NCBI GenBank assembly: GCA_025603075.1 | Contig: MU626280.1 | Span: forward strand, 106,717-170,716 | Direction of reading: 5' to 3' | DNA length: 64,000 bases | DNA from: Neoconidiobolus thromboides FSU 785 | Lineage: Eukaryota; Fungi; Entomophthoromycota | Shown here: positions 36,697 through 49,442 of the stretch, piece by piece | Position numbering within the stretch: position 1 is the first letter of the stretch | Layout: each line of letters opens with the position of its first letter | Made by a program: the position numbers and the translations under genes | The notes under the pieces: generated by a model | What the model was told of the DNA's origin: nothing | What the model saw: only the letters and a program-made list of their open reading frames with translations | Database searches by the model: none

Positions 36697-36860
36697 AAAA
36701 AAAACCCGCTATTTAACACATTATAATCTACCAAAAAACAAAAAATCAAATCAAAATTTTAATTACTTGTAAAATACAAGTTTTATTGCTAACTTTCATA
36801 AAAAAAATCTATTCAGCACAATATTAAAGTTTCCATTATTTTCTACTCACTCATCCTATT

Positions 36861-38584
36861 TCAAAATAAAGACTCGTAATTACGATAAGTTAATGCTTGA
36901 GTGACTTTATGTGAATTCACTGCATCTTCTTTAATATATTTTAGTTTAATTTGTCTTCTTGAACGATTATTAAATTCTTTAGCAATCATTTCAAAATCGG
37001 TGCCCCATTTAACCAAACCCTAAAAAAAATGCAAAATTTTTTCATTAATGATAGATTCATATTACAATCTCTACACTCTCCATTCTCCAGAATATTAATT
37101 TAAAATTGTAAAGTTTCAATATGTAATTATATAATCATATAATTATACAACTTACCTTATAAAATAAATCGGTTTCCCATTCAGACCATCTTTTGTTACC
37201 CGATTTTTTAACAAATTGAGAGGAATTACCATGATTCCCCATTTCACCTAAATGCTCGACTTGTAAAATTTCAGGTTCATTTTTATTAACTAATTGAGCA
37301 TGAGTAATATGCAATGAACTTTGATCAATAATAAATTCGCCATTAACTTCTTTAATTTTAATTCCTCTAAAAACAATAAGAAAATATTAATAAATATTAT
37401 CAATTTTAATACTTTGTTTGAAATTTTGAAATTTTAAAATTTTACTTACTTATTCTGTCCTGCTTTTTCTTTCTTAATTTCTTTTTCTATCAATAAATTT
37501 TCAGTCTCCTTCGCTTGCCTTTTTTCTACGGTCATAGCTGCATTTTCAAATTTATTTTTCAATTCCTGTGACATTTCTTCACCATAATTAATATGTGGAG
37601 CACAAAGTGCATCTAAAGGTATTGTATTCATATCTACTTTTCTTTTTTTTTCCCCCATTTTATCCAATTGAATTTTAGCATATCTTGCCTTTTGTCGAGG
37701 TTTAAATCGTAATATTTTTTGTGCCATAATATCTTCATTATTATCTGGATTATCTTCATTACCACGTGGAAATAATCCCATAAAACTTTCCAATGTACCA
37801 TTAGTTAATGCACCATTAATAGTGTTGATATCTTCTTCCACATTGGAAATTTGAGTAACTTGAGCGGGCATACTATTAACTTTACTTTTACTTTTTCTTT
37901 TCTTTTTTTGTTGGTTTTCTTTATGTCCATAATTTGCCATAATATCTAATGGTATATCTTCTTCAGTATCTTCTTCTTCGCCGATTGATTTTTTAGTTTT
38001 AGATTGGCTCTTAACAGGATTAAAAGCAGGTGTCATTATCGCATTTCCTTTTGGTTTTTCGATGAGTTTATTGATTTTACTTTTTGGTTTGACAATCTCT
38101 TTTTCTTCTAAACTTATTCTACTCTCAGAAAGACTTTCTTCAATACTTGTATTATTACCTTTGGCTTGTATTATCTTTGATGAGGATATTAAATTACTCT
38201 TTGAAATACTGATTTGGCTTAGTTTGAAAGTGGATTGCTCTAGATTACCAGTGGATGATATATCTTCCATTTCATCTATTTGATTTGTAGTAGTAAGTTC
38301 ATTGATCTTCCTTCCATTAATATCAATAGTTGATTCATTGGTTATAACTATTATATTTAAGAATAATTAGTTTTGAAGATTTAAATAATTAATAAATTTT
38401 TACCTTCTGTCGCAGCATTCTCATTACTAGTTAATTTATTAGCTTCTTTTTTAGTTACTTTTGGTTTTTGTTTTGGCGCAAATTTTTTTTGACTTTTGTC
38501 TATTATGAAAATAAAAACATTAACTTTTCATATATATATATAAGTGATATATAATTTACTTATCCCAAAACTAGTGATTACCAT
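36861..38584 (-). CDS. BDP1: TFIIIB subunit Bdp1 (B'')
   Basis: Spliced N-terminus MVITSFGINKSQKKFAPK (like the yeast NKSGTRFAPK motif); SANT domain RWSEWETDLFYK/GLVKWGTDFEMIAKEFNNRSRRQIKLKY; 3' end approximate. Confidence 0.85.
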
Positions 38585-38784
38585 TTCTAAAAAAATAAAG
38601 TGATGATAAAAATAGTGAAAAAAAATTAACTTAGTTAAATTAATCCTTGGTCAAATAAAATTGTTGAAATTTCTATTTTAACCAATTAAATAGCAACAAT
38701 TTCAATCCATTAGAATTCGAGAAATTCAAATCTTTAAGCCTTTTCAAGAAAATACTCTTGATATTCGATTTTTATAAAACAAAA

Positions 38785-40887
38785 ATGGTGAAAGATAAAG
38801 CAAGTTTAAATAGTTTAAAAAGTCAGGTAATTATATTAACTCCCCGTCTTAAACCGATAATAACTCAATTGATAGAAAAAAGGCAAACCTAGTACAGGTT
38901 TAAGTAAAAAGAACATTGATCCTAACTTAAAAGAAAAACTTAATGATATAAAAACATCTATATTAAGTTCCAAAAAAGATCTGAATTTAATATTAACTTT
39001 ATTAGAACATACTAATGTAAGTGATTAAAATCGATTATACTAAAATATTCATTCTTCAATTTATCTAATTAACTAACTAATAATCTCAAATTCTCTTAGT
39101 CTTCCAACAATGAAGAAGTTTATCTTTCTATTAAATGTATGCAAGGAGTTATCATTACCCTTATAAAACAAGGAGATATTAAAATATATAGAGATAATAA
39201 ACCAAAAAGTGAAATTGAAGATAAAGTAGGATTAAAGGTCGAAGAATGGTTAACTAGTATTTATAAAAAATGGATTAAACGACTATTAAATTTATTAATT
39301 AAAAAAGATCCAGCTATTCAAGTAAGCTTTTAAAATAATCAGGTTATTTTTATGAGAATAGGTATTAAGTAAAGTTTTAACAGGTAGCTGCCTTCGAGGC
39401 CTTAATTAATTTACTAAAAGAAGATGCTTTACAAGGTTATAAATTCCGTCAAGTTTACAGTATGAACATTTCTTTAATCGAACAAATCACTGATACACTT
39501 TGTAATAATACTTCAAGTGAAGAATTATTAAACTATATTAGTGAAAAATATATGAATACATATCATGATTTACTTTATTATATTAGTAAATTTATGGCAT
39601 TGAGTATTCGAAAACTAGATCCTAAAGAAGTCAAAGAAGAAAAGATTAATTGGTTATTTAAATTATTAACTCAACTAAGAAACATGCCCAAAAATGAAGA
39701 GGATATTCATGAGTTTTATTGTTTAAATCCAAATGAAATTAAAGAAGATAAAGAAAAAGAAAAGGAAAAGAAACATTTTTTAATGTTAATTAATAGTTAC
39801 AAAAAAGAATATCAAGAGTTATTTTTAGCTTTTTTTACATTACCATTATCAACTACTGTTATTAAAAAATTGTTATTAATTATACACCATCGATTATTGC
39901 CCAATTTTTTACATCCATTAAAAATGTTAGATTTTTTAACTGAAAGTTATGATTTTGGTAAGTATCAATTTAATTATAATACAATCTGTTTTTTATATTG
40001 ATATTAATATTAATATATCTTTGATAATTTAGGTGGTTCTATTTCATTATTAGCTTTAAATGGTTTATTTACATTAATTCATAAATATAATATGGATTAT
40101 CCTCAATTTTATCAAAAATTATATAATTTATTTAATATGGATATATTACATAGTAAATATCGTTCAAGATTTTTTAGATTAAGTGAATTATTTTTAAATT
40201 CAGGGTAATTAATTAATTAATTAATATTAACTATTAACTATTATTTGTATAAAATATTAATTAATGATTATTAGATATTTACCTGTTAATCTAGTAGCTG
40301 CTTTTGTTAAAAAAATGAGTCGATTAGCTTTATTTGCTCCACCTGGTGCTATTGTTATCGTTATACCATTTATTTACAATTTAATGAAAGCTCATCCAAC
40401 TTGTATGAAATTGATTCATAATGACAATATTAATGATTTTGGTAAACATTAATTTAATTAGTTAATACTTAATATATGATATTTAACTCTAAATATAGAA
40501 TCTGATCCTTATGATTTCACTTGTAATGAACCTAGTTTATCAAAAGCAATTGATAGTTCTTTATGGGAAATTGAGGTAATTTCATTTATTTTCATACTAT
40601 CCTTATCCTTATTTTTATACTATATTAACATGTATATATTTCTATAGTCTTTAACTTGTCATTATTATTCCAATGTTTCTAGTTTAGCTAAATTATTCTC
40701 AGAGTTATTTAACAAACCCAATTATCAATTAGAACATTTCTTAGATCATAATTATAATTCAATGTTACAAGTTGAATTCCAAAAAATATTTAAAAAAGTA
40801 CCTGCTTTATTAAATAATCCTAAATTGAGTTTATTTACTGAAGAGAAGGGTATTTGTTTAAATTTAAATAAAGAATGGGAATTTTAA
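38785..40887 (+). CDS. NOC4: Nucleolar complex protein 4 (CBF/Mak21 family)
   Basis: LDFLTESYDFG/GSISLLALNGLF..DYPQFYQKLY..YRSRFFRL..YLPVNLVAAFVKKMSRLAL..AIDSSLWEI; many introns. Confidence 0.93.
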
Positions 40888-41012
40888 TTAAGATGAAGTT
40901 AAAATAGAGTGAAAATACAAGTATTAATAAACGAAATGAAATAAAATAAAATATATAGAATAAAGAAATTAATAATTATTTTTAAAATTTGATTGAATTT
41001 ATTTATTTAATA

Positions 41013-43218
41013 TTATTTTAAAAACTCAGGTAATTCAATAGGAGGTAATTTCAATTGATTTAATAAATTATTATATTCTTGATGAGCTTTTATAGCAGAT
41101 TTCAAATTATAGTCTAAAAATCCTAATTCTAATTTAGAATTTTTTTGGAATTTAGTAAAATTATCAATTATTTGATTTTTCTTGACTTTCATTTCCTCCT
41201 TTAATTCCTCCATATTTTGTAATTGTTGATTTAATTGATTCTCTTGTTGAATTACTTTATTCACTTGTAATTGTAATTGAGTTTGATTTAATAATTTTTC
41301 ATTAATCGTATTGATCATTTGATTAACATTTTTCTTTTCTAACTCATAATTCCTTTCCAATTCATTCAATTGTAACACTTCATTTTCATTTAATTCTTTT
41401 AATTCTAACCATTTTTGATTTAATTTTTCTTTTAATTCTAAACTATATTCTTCATCTAAACTATAACTTTGAATTGATAAATATTCAATCGGCTTTTCTT
41501 TATATTGAACAGTTAAGTCTTGAAGTTGAAATTCAGGTACTAAAATCAATAAACTATTAACATTTATATAAAAATTATATATAATCAATAATACCTTCAA
41601 TTTCCTCTGGTTCTTCAACTAACAAAGTCTCTTCCTCTAAAAGTAATTATTCATTAAAACTTTATTAATCTTGACTTAATCAAATCTATTCTTTTACCTT
41701 TCATTCCTTGTAATTTAATTTTCAATTCCATTGGTAATTCGTTTGGAATTTCATTACCTTTCAGTACACTTTGAATCAATAGCATAGCAATTTCGAATTC
41801 TATATAATTTAATTCTGGCATTTGTCGTATACTAGCTAATTCCCTATTATTTACAATAAGTTTATATTCCATTAATAAGTATATTTTAAATAGTAGTAAT
41901 TCAATTATTAATTATTTACCAAATCTTCCCTAATTCTAATTGAGATAAGTTTGATTTAATAAATTCATTAACACATACATCACCTAAAACAACAATAAAA
42001 AATATTATTAATATCAATATTAAATTATATTGAATCTCAACTTACTGGCTATATTTCCGTTCTTTAATTTAGGTAATTTATCAAATAATATTTTAATCGC
42101 ATCTACCTCATTATTATTGTCCCCCATTTCTCTTCCCTCAGAACTCATATCTATACCCCCATTCATAGGTTCTACAACCTTCACATCTTTTAAAGTATCC
42201 GAAGCAGATTTTGCTAATTCTAAGGGTACTCTTTGAGGTAATTGTTTAATTATATTTTTTTTTAACAATTCAGCCAAGTGCATAGCTACTAAAAATTCGG
42301 CTAGGATTAAACTCCCACGATTATTACCATCTGCTAAAGACCTAATAAAGTTTTTATTAATAACAATAACAATAACAATAACAATAACAATATGATTATC
42401 ACTCTTCATGAATAGTCTAAACTTTTTAAAACTATTTTATTTTGCATATTAATAACAAATACTTACCAAATCAAAGCCAATTTATCAATATCTAATTTAG
42501 TATCTAATAATGCTTGTTTAGCTTTATTACCATCTAAATATAAATCAATGGGTTCCAAATCATAAAATAAGTTGGTATATTCTTCTTGTTTTGATTGTGG
42601 AATATTCCATGGAGAATCAGAACCACTATTTAATCGTGGTACACTTGATGGAGGTTTATTTTTAAATTGGGGAAGAGTGGAGACTGTTAAGTGTTAATTG
42701 AGATGAAGTAAATGAAAAATATTAGTAAAGTATAAATAGGAATTAATTATCTTTGAATGTAATTACCTAGACTTAAATTCTCTTTATTCAGTTCCTTTTT
42801 CTCTTGTGCTAAAGTTAAATATTTTACACCATTAATAAATTGCCATTGAGAAACTACGTTATTTTTGATATCTAATTTGTTCCATATTTTTCCCAATACT
42901 TCTTGTTCCAATCCAGTTTCTTTAAATAATTGTAATAATTTAACACTAGCTAAAAGTTCATTTTCTGGATTCAGTGAGTTAAATAAAGTGATACATTTTT
43001 CGTCAATGGGGGATAATTCAGGTACTATGTAAATGGTAAAAAGAAGGATGGAGGGTTCAGTTTTAATTATGGACAAGACAAAAATGGAAATTATTGAACT
43101 TACCACCAATCTCTACACTATTAGATGTTTGTCTAGGTCTTCTACCCCGACTACTTCCAGTTGGTGGGGGCTGGATTCGTATTCCTGATCCAAAAGGATT
43201 GTCTTGAGAGTTGTTCAT
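41013..43218 (-). CDS. Multi-EH-domain endocytic adaptor with C-terminal coiled coil (Ede1/Eps15-like)
   Basis: Three EH-like units (LGKIWNKLD..QWQF; LALIW/SLADGNNRGSLILAEFLVAMHL; LGKIW/ELAS..EFEIAMLLI..G..IP..LP); Q/E/K-rich tail. Confidence 0.7.
42360..42392 (+). repeat. (AACAAT)n intronic microsatellite
   Basis: About 5 tandem AACAAT units. Confidence 0.85.
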
Positions 43219-43992
43219 TTTTACTATTGAGTGTATAAATTAATAAAAAATTAATATTTGCTTTGAAATTTAGAAATTTTATTTTACGGGTGGCTTAAAC
43301 TGGTTCTTGAATTTTTTTTAAATGTTATGGAAACAGATTTTGTAAATGGAGGAAGGAGCATTATTTTTGTTTAAAATTAAGAGAAAAAAGATAAACAACA
43401 ATTGAAGATGGGTGAATATAAACCTGAGTTTAGTATTTTATTTTATTAAATCAACATCGATAGAATTTAAACTTCTAAAATGCTATCCTTTTGAGCTAGA
43501 CAAAATATACACGGTATTTTTATGAAATATTGTCGTATTACTTTTACAACTATAGCTACATTTCAAATAATATGTATGGAAATTTGACATAAAAAATAAA
43601 CATTCCTAAAAAGTTAAAACGCTTTTTTTACATTATATAATAAATAAGCAAACAAATTTATGTTATAACAATTTTATTTAAGAACTTTCTAAATAAGAGG
43701 ATTAACTAGTGGGGATGTCTAAATTAGCTTTATCAAGAGATATTTATTACTAGACTGTTTTATAGCCAACATTAAAGATTTAATATTAAATAAACAAATA
43801 ATTTTAATATTATAACTATATTACAATATACTAATAAGTTGGTAAATAGTTGCATAAGAGGAAGTAATTAACCCTAAAACTATAATTAACTATTTTTAAA
43901 ATTATATTTATTTTATTATTATTAATAGTTAAGTTATTAATTTTATTATATTTATAAATAAAAATCTTAAATTTTAAAATTAGTTAATATTT

Positions 43993-44091
43993 GGGGATGT
44001 ATTTTTGTGTTTAAGAATTTTACTAACAAATTTTCCGCTTAAATAGCGCTTAAAAGGTGGAAAAAGTAATGAAATCAAAAAAATCATCCCC
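43993..44091 (+). mobile_element. MITE copy
   Basis: Matches consensus; direct flanks ATTT/ATTT. Confidence 0.9.
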
Positions 44092-44238
44092 ATTTTTTAT
44101 TTTACTTAGTGCTTTAAAACTATTTTTCTGTTGTGAAATTTTCAAAAATTCTATTAATTGTACTTTTATAGTGCTTGATAAAAGAATTAAAACTGATGTT
44201 TAGATTATTGTTTATTTTGCAAATTTTTTTAAATATAT

Positions 44239-44336
44239 GGGGATGTATTTTTGTGTTTAAGAATTTTGCTAATAATTTTTCCGCTCAAGTAGTACTTAAA
44301 AGACGGAAAAAATAATGAAGCCAAAAAAACACCCCC
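44239..44336 (+). mobile_element. MITE copy
   Basis: Matches consensus; flanks ATAT/ATAT. Confidence 0.9.
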
Positions 44337-44509
44337 ATATAATGTAAACTTTTAAATTTTAGAATAATTTTCTGTACTTGCCTATATATTAATTTTTATA
44401 AACTTTATTATTTTATTATTTTTTAAATATGAAATGTTAAATTTTAATATTTATATAATTTAAAATTATTAGCTCTAATTTTGTTTTTATTGTTATACTT
44501 CATTCAAAG

Positions 44510-44973
44510 TGTGAAACATCGCTTTGTCAGTCCCATGGTTAATTATAGCATAACAATCGCCTAAGCTGTTGTGTTCTTGAGTTCAGAGAAAATCAATTCC
44601 ACGTTCTTAGTTTGATTTGCTATGAGAATTCCTAGCTCCATCCCAAAGAATATTACCTTCTCATTTTGATATTTATACTTTTCAGAGTATAAAAGAGTTT
44701 ACAGAGTATAGTCGTTCGAGGCTTTTTAACTGAATTATTCCTTAATATCTCGAACATTTAATAAAGCTATTAAGGTTTCTTAACAGTATTTTACGTAGAT
44801 TTTACACTAGTATTATCTATTCTATCTGTCTTATATAGCTTGTAACCTATTACGTGCTATTCCTCATAATCCAAGTTTATCTTGGTCACATAAACTAAGA
44901 CCTTTCGACTTATAGTGTAGTCAACCCAGCAATAGCTGTTCTTGACTCCAAACCCTGAGTACCAGATTTCACA
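44510..44973 (+). mobile_element. Solo LTR, second full copy (464 bp)
   Basis: Aligns end to end with 4513-4980; TGTGAAAC...ATTTCACA; flanks AAAG/AAGG (imperfect). Confidence 0.8.
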
Positions 44974-45245
44974 AAGGAAACTTAGTAGCTTTATTAAATG
45001 CTCGAGATATTAAGGAATAATTCAGTTAAAAAGCCTTGAGCTACTATGTCCTGAAACCTCTTTTATACTCTGATAAGTACAAATATCAAAATGAGATGAT
45101 AATATTATTTGAAATGGAGCTAGAAATTCTCATAGCAAATCAAGCTAAGAGCATGGGATTGATTGCTTTTGAACTCGAGAGCACAACAACTTAAGTGATT
45201 GTTATCCTATAATCAATCATGGAGCTGACAAAGCGATATTTCACA
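44974..45245 (-). mobile_element. Inverted, truncated LTR copy (5' ~270 bp)
   Basis: Reverse complement of the first ~270 bp of the LTR, ending ...GCGATATTTCACA; more diverged than the two full copies. Confidence 0.8.
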
Positions 45246-45320
45246 AAGTTAAAAAAGCACCCCGTATTAAAAAAAAATTATTTTTTATTTTGTTTTTATT
45301 CAATGATAAAAAAACAATAT

Positions 45321-45415
45321 GGGGGTGTATTTTTTGTTTAAGAATCTACTAACGATCTTTTCACTCAAATAACGTTTAAAAGATGAAAAAAGTGATGAAA
45401 TTAAGAAAACATCTC
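45321..45415 (+). mobile_element. MITE copy
   Basis: Matches consensus; flanks ATAT/ATAT. Confidence 0.85.
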
Positions 45416-45598
45416 ATATAGTATAAAATATATATAAATTAGTTATTCAAAAAAATGAAAAAAGTAAAAAAGGTTTTTATAAAAGTTAGTATTTAATAGT
45501 TGGAATCAAAAGCACTTTTTACTTAATTAACCAGCTGTAGGCCAAAAAGTTTTAGTTTATATAACTAAAACAAACCTGAATTATAAAAAATAGCATAT

Positions 45599-45697
45599 GG
45601 GAATGTGTTTTTGTGTTTAAGAATTTTACTAACAAATTTTCCGCTTAAATAGCCCTTAAAAAATGGAAAAAGTAATGAAGTCAAAAAAAAAAACCCC
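45599..45697 (+). mobile_element. MITE copy
   Basis: Matches consensus; flanks ATAT/ATAT. Confidence 0.9.
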
Positions 45698-46037
45698 ATA
45701 TAACAAGTCATAAACTATATAAGACAAATAAAATAAAAAATGTTATTATAAAAATTTAACAGCTTTATTAAAAGTATAATATTAAGAAATAAATCAACAA
45801 AAAAACTTCAAGTTATTGTGCTGAAAAATCTTTTTTATATTTTGATTAAGTAACTATATATATAAAATATAACAATTATTTTTTATTACAGTCACTAAGT
45901 ATGGACATCAAAATAAAGAGATAACGTTTTTTATAATTAAACGGTAAATATTTTTATTATTATTTAAGGATGTTTCTTTTATTTTTATACATATATTATA
46001 CTTTCCTTATCTTTTCAACTTCTTAATTTTTAGATAT

Positions 46038-46136
46038 GAGTATGTTTTTTTTACTTTCATTACTTTTTCCATCTTTCAAACACTATTTGAGCGGAAAAGT
46101 TATTAGCAAAATTCTTAAACACAAAAATACATCCCC
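46038..46136 (-). mobile_element. MITE copy (reverse)
   Basis: Reverse match; flanks ATAT/ATAT. Confidence 0.9.
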
Positions 46137-47529
46137 ATATACTATTATTTTTATTATTAATTACCTTCTTACATCAGCAATATTCAAAACTATTTTATAC
46201 TTTAATGAAATCAAACAACTTGATTTGAGCTTTGACTTATTATGAATTTTTAATAACATCTTTTAAATATTGTTAAATCTACTTTGAATAACTCATCACT
46301 TGTTTTTTAATTCCTTGAAGAAACCAAAACTTCAACTTATTATTAAATATCATGAAGTATAAAAAATAGATATAGGGGACCATGAGATAAGAGGCTCTCT
46401 TCCACTTTGGGTCTTGGCTAAATAGATTCTAGAAAATTTAAACTTGCCCATTCATGTTATTTATTACTTAATGAAAAGGAGACAAACTATCGGGATTGAA
46501 GGGTCCTTTTCTAAGGATAGCCTAATACGAATCTTGTAATTAACACACAGGATTGACAAGCCAGAGCAATTCATTAATTGTTTAATTAATTACTTTAACG
46601 TTATAAACTAGAAAATTTGTAGATAATTTTCAAGTTTTAAATTATCAGTATTAGAACATATTTGTTTAGCAGATTTGAGTAGACTTCCTCCCCATAAAAT
46701 TTTTAATATGTATAAATTGGGTAATAATTTTAAAAGTAGCGTTGTTATGTTTTAATATTTAGTATTCAATAGCCAATGTAACCACAGTTTCTATTCAGGT
46801 TGATAATCTATATCCTTAAGTAAAAATATCTTTAAAGATAATTGATAATATTAGCAAGAATCTATAAACCGAAAATTTCAAACCTTTGATATCATACCTT
46901 TTTTAAGCTATAAAATCTTCTTTTATGGTTTGTTTAAAATTCTAAAGGTCAGTAGTATTTGATTGACTACATGTTAATCATTAGCAGTACAATTTATGTA
47001 GTATATGTTATTAAATTATGAATATTCTATGCTTTTATAGCTGTTCCATATCTATTGGGACTTGATTAGTGGTAGCTTTTAAAACAACTTATTTGTTTAG
47101 TTGTTTTTCAACATAAAGGTATTAGCTAAATTTTAGCCAAATTTACTCTTAAATGATTGACTAACTACGTCACAATAGAGCTGGAACAGTTGTAAAATAG
47201 TGCAGAAATATTTTAAATTTAGAGATTAAATACGGTTAACTTTAAGTTGTACTAGTGAATAAATATACCAAGTATTTCTAATACATACTTAATAAATACT
47301 TCTTTTAGACTATTTAATACATACTTATATATTTATAACATCTTATACAAACATACGATCATTTTTATACACCTATAATATTTTTGTTTAAAGTTAAAAA
47401 TCTCTCAAAATTAAATTAGCCATTTCAGACTCAATGGAGCCAATGATATCTCTTCATAGAGTTATGGGAAGTAAATAGTCAGCAAGATAATCTTATCTTA
47501 ACAAAAACTCATAACAGATTTTAATAAAG

Positions 47530-48171
47530 ATGGCGAGTATTATTAAAAATATCAAATTTGGTTTAAGCTTATTAAAGAGAAGCGCCCAGCCAAACAATCC
47601 ACTTATATCAAGCTGCAGAGCCTACTCTGTAAAAAAGGAAAAGTATGAAGATGAGCCTATGCTACCAGCGGATTATCCACATTTACCATTAAACAACTTT
47701 CAACAAAGAAATCCATGGATCTATGACGATCAACAAGACCGTCGTAACTTTGGTGAACCTGTAAGAAATATAATTATAGGATTTGATATTTCTGACTTAA
47801 CTTTTTTATATTTTCATTAGCTTAATCAACAAGATGAAATTTTAACCGTATGGGGTCCTGATCAGTATGAATTACCAGCTGGTAGAGCTTTATTTGAGCT
47901 AGCTTGCGTTGGTGGGTTTATTGCTACCGCTGCTTACTTTTATTCATTTGTTGCACCAGAATCACCAGCTGTAAGTTTAATAAAAACTAATTAGACAAAT
48001 ATTAAATAATCTAGGTACCACGCTCATACCCATTTAATGGACTTCGCGAAGAGCTTGGGAATGATGCTAACTCTAAAACAAACACTCGTCCAACTGTAAG
48101 AATTAAAATACTTTATTTGTCTTTATTAATAAATTATTTAATAGGTCAACTCACCTGGGGAAGACGAATAA
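47530..48171 (+). CDS. NDUFB8: NADH:ubiquinone oxidoreductase subunit B8 (ASHI)
   Basis: Presequence; DYPHLP..QQRNPW.YDDQQDRRNFGEP/LNQQDEIL..PESPA/VPRSYPFNGLREELG; 3 introns. Confidence 0.9.
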
Positions 48172-48690
48172 ATTTAATAATAATAAACTTTTTGATGGAT
48201 ACGTTAGTTAATCCAATTATCTATCCTATTACCAGCTATATTAGAACTGTCAGTTTTTGAAATGAAGAGGTGCTAATTTTGAAATTATGGAATTAAAATT
48301 ATAAATGTTTTAGTAAGTTTAAAATATTAAAATACTAGCTATAGTAGAAACAGATTATAGAAGTTTTACTTATTATAATCGTTTTCAAATACACATAACA
48401 TCTTGGTATAAACCAGCAATTAAGCTATTAGTAAAGCAGATGTATAAAAATTATTATACAGCTCTTAAAAAATGATTTTATATTCGAATTGTTGACATGT
48501 CATATTTTAATTATATTTTTTACACAAAATCTATCTTACACCATAAATATGTGTAGTAAAGTCCTACTCCATTAATTGAGGTTTAAATTAAATGCCTTAA
48601 TAAACTTGAAAAAATCTGAATAAATTTAATTGGCTGGATAATTAATAAAACTTAGAACCAGATGATAACGAAAGTTATTTTATTAAACTA

Positions 48691-49333
48691 ATGAGTACGC
48701 TACACAAAAGGCTAATTAAGGAATTTCGAGGGATTCAACGACATAAAAATGAAGAGATTGAAGTAATAGAACCTTTAGATATAGAGGATTTGATGAATTG
48801 GATTGCTATTATTAAAGGTCCAAAAGATAGTCCATACGAAGGTAAGAAAGGAATTTAAATGATGCAAGTTAGTCATTCTAATTTAAGTTATTAGACGGTT
48901 TATTTAAGTTGAGTATAACTATACCATCTCAATACCCTATGGCACCACCAAAATTTGAATTTTTGACAAAAATATGCCACCCTAATATACACTTTAAGGT
49001 AGCAATTTATAACCACAGTAGCTTTAAATAGTAATCTGTTTTTTTTAGACAGGCGAGATATGTTTAGATATATTAAAAAACAGCTGGAGCCCAGCATGGA
49101 CATTACAAACCATATGTACAGCTATCTCTTTATTATTGGTGAACCCAGAGCCTTCTTCGCCACTAAATTGTGACGCTGGTAAATAGTTTTGGTTATTAGC
49201 TATATAACTTAGTTTTAATTTTTAATTAGCCAACTTACTGAGAGATAATGATATATTAGGTTATACTTCGTTAGTTAGGATGTATACTGAGTTATATGCG
49301 ATGGATCATAATAAGAAAAGTAACCAAGGATAA
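48691..49333 (+). CDS. PEX4: Peroxisomal ubiquitin-conjugating enzyme Pex4
   Basis: [74 protein letters not shown] (Pex4-type C-terminus). Confidence 0.88.
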
Positions 49334-49442
49334 GCCACAAAGTTTCAGTTTAATTTAACATAATAGTATAATAACAAAAAATAAAAATAATTTGAAAAGA
49401 ATCTATATTTGTAAATGAAATGAAATTAATTTTAAATATTAT

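Noticed and set aside
38585-38784. 200-bp BDP1/NOC4 divergent promoter as a ribosome-biogenesis regulon site
   Set aside because: No clear PAC (GATGAG) or canonical RRPE element; compact divergent pairs are ordinary in fungi.
45714-45750. CTATATAAGACAAATA match to the reverse LTR
   Set aside because: Only ~16 exact AT-rich bases; too short to call a fourth LTR remnant.
46545-46575. GGATTGACA resembling an 18S rRNA segment
   Set aside because: The match is about 9 nt and there is no flanking rRNA similarity.
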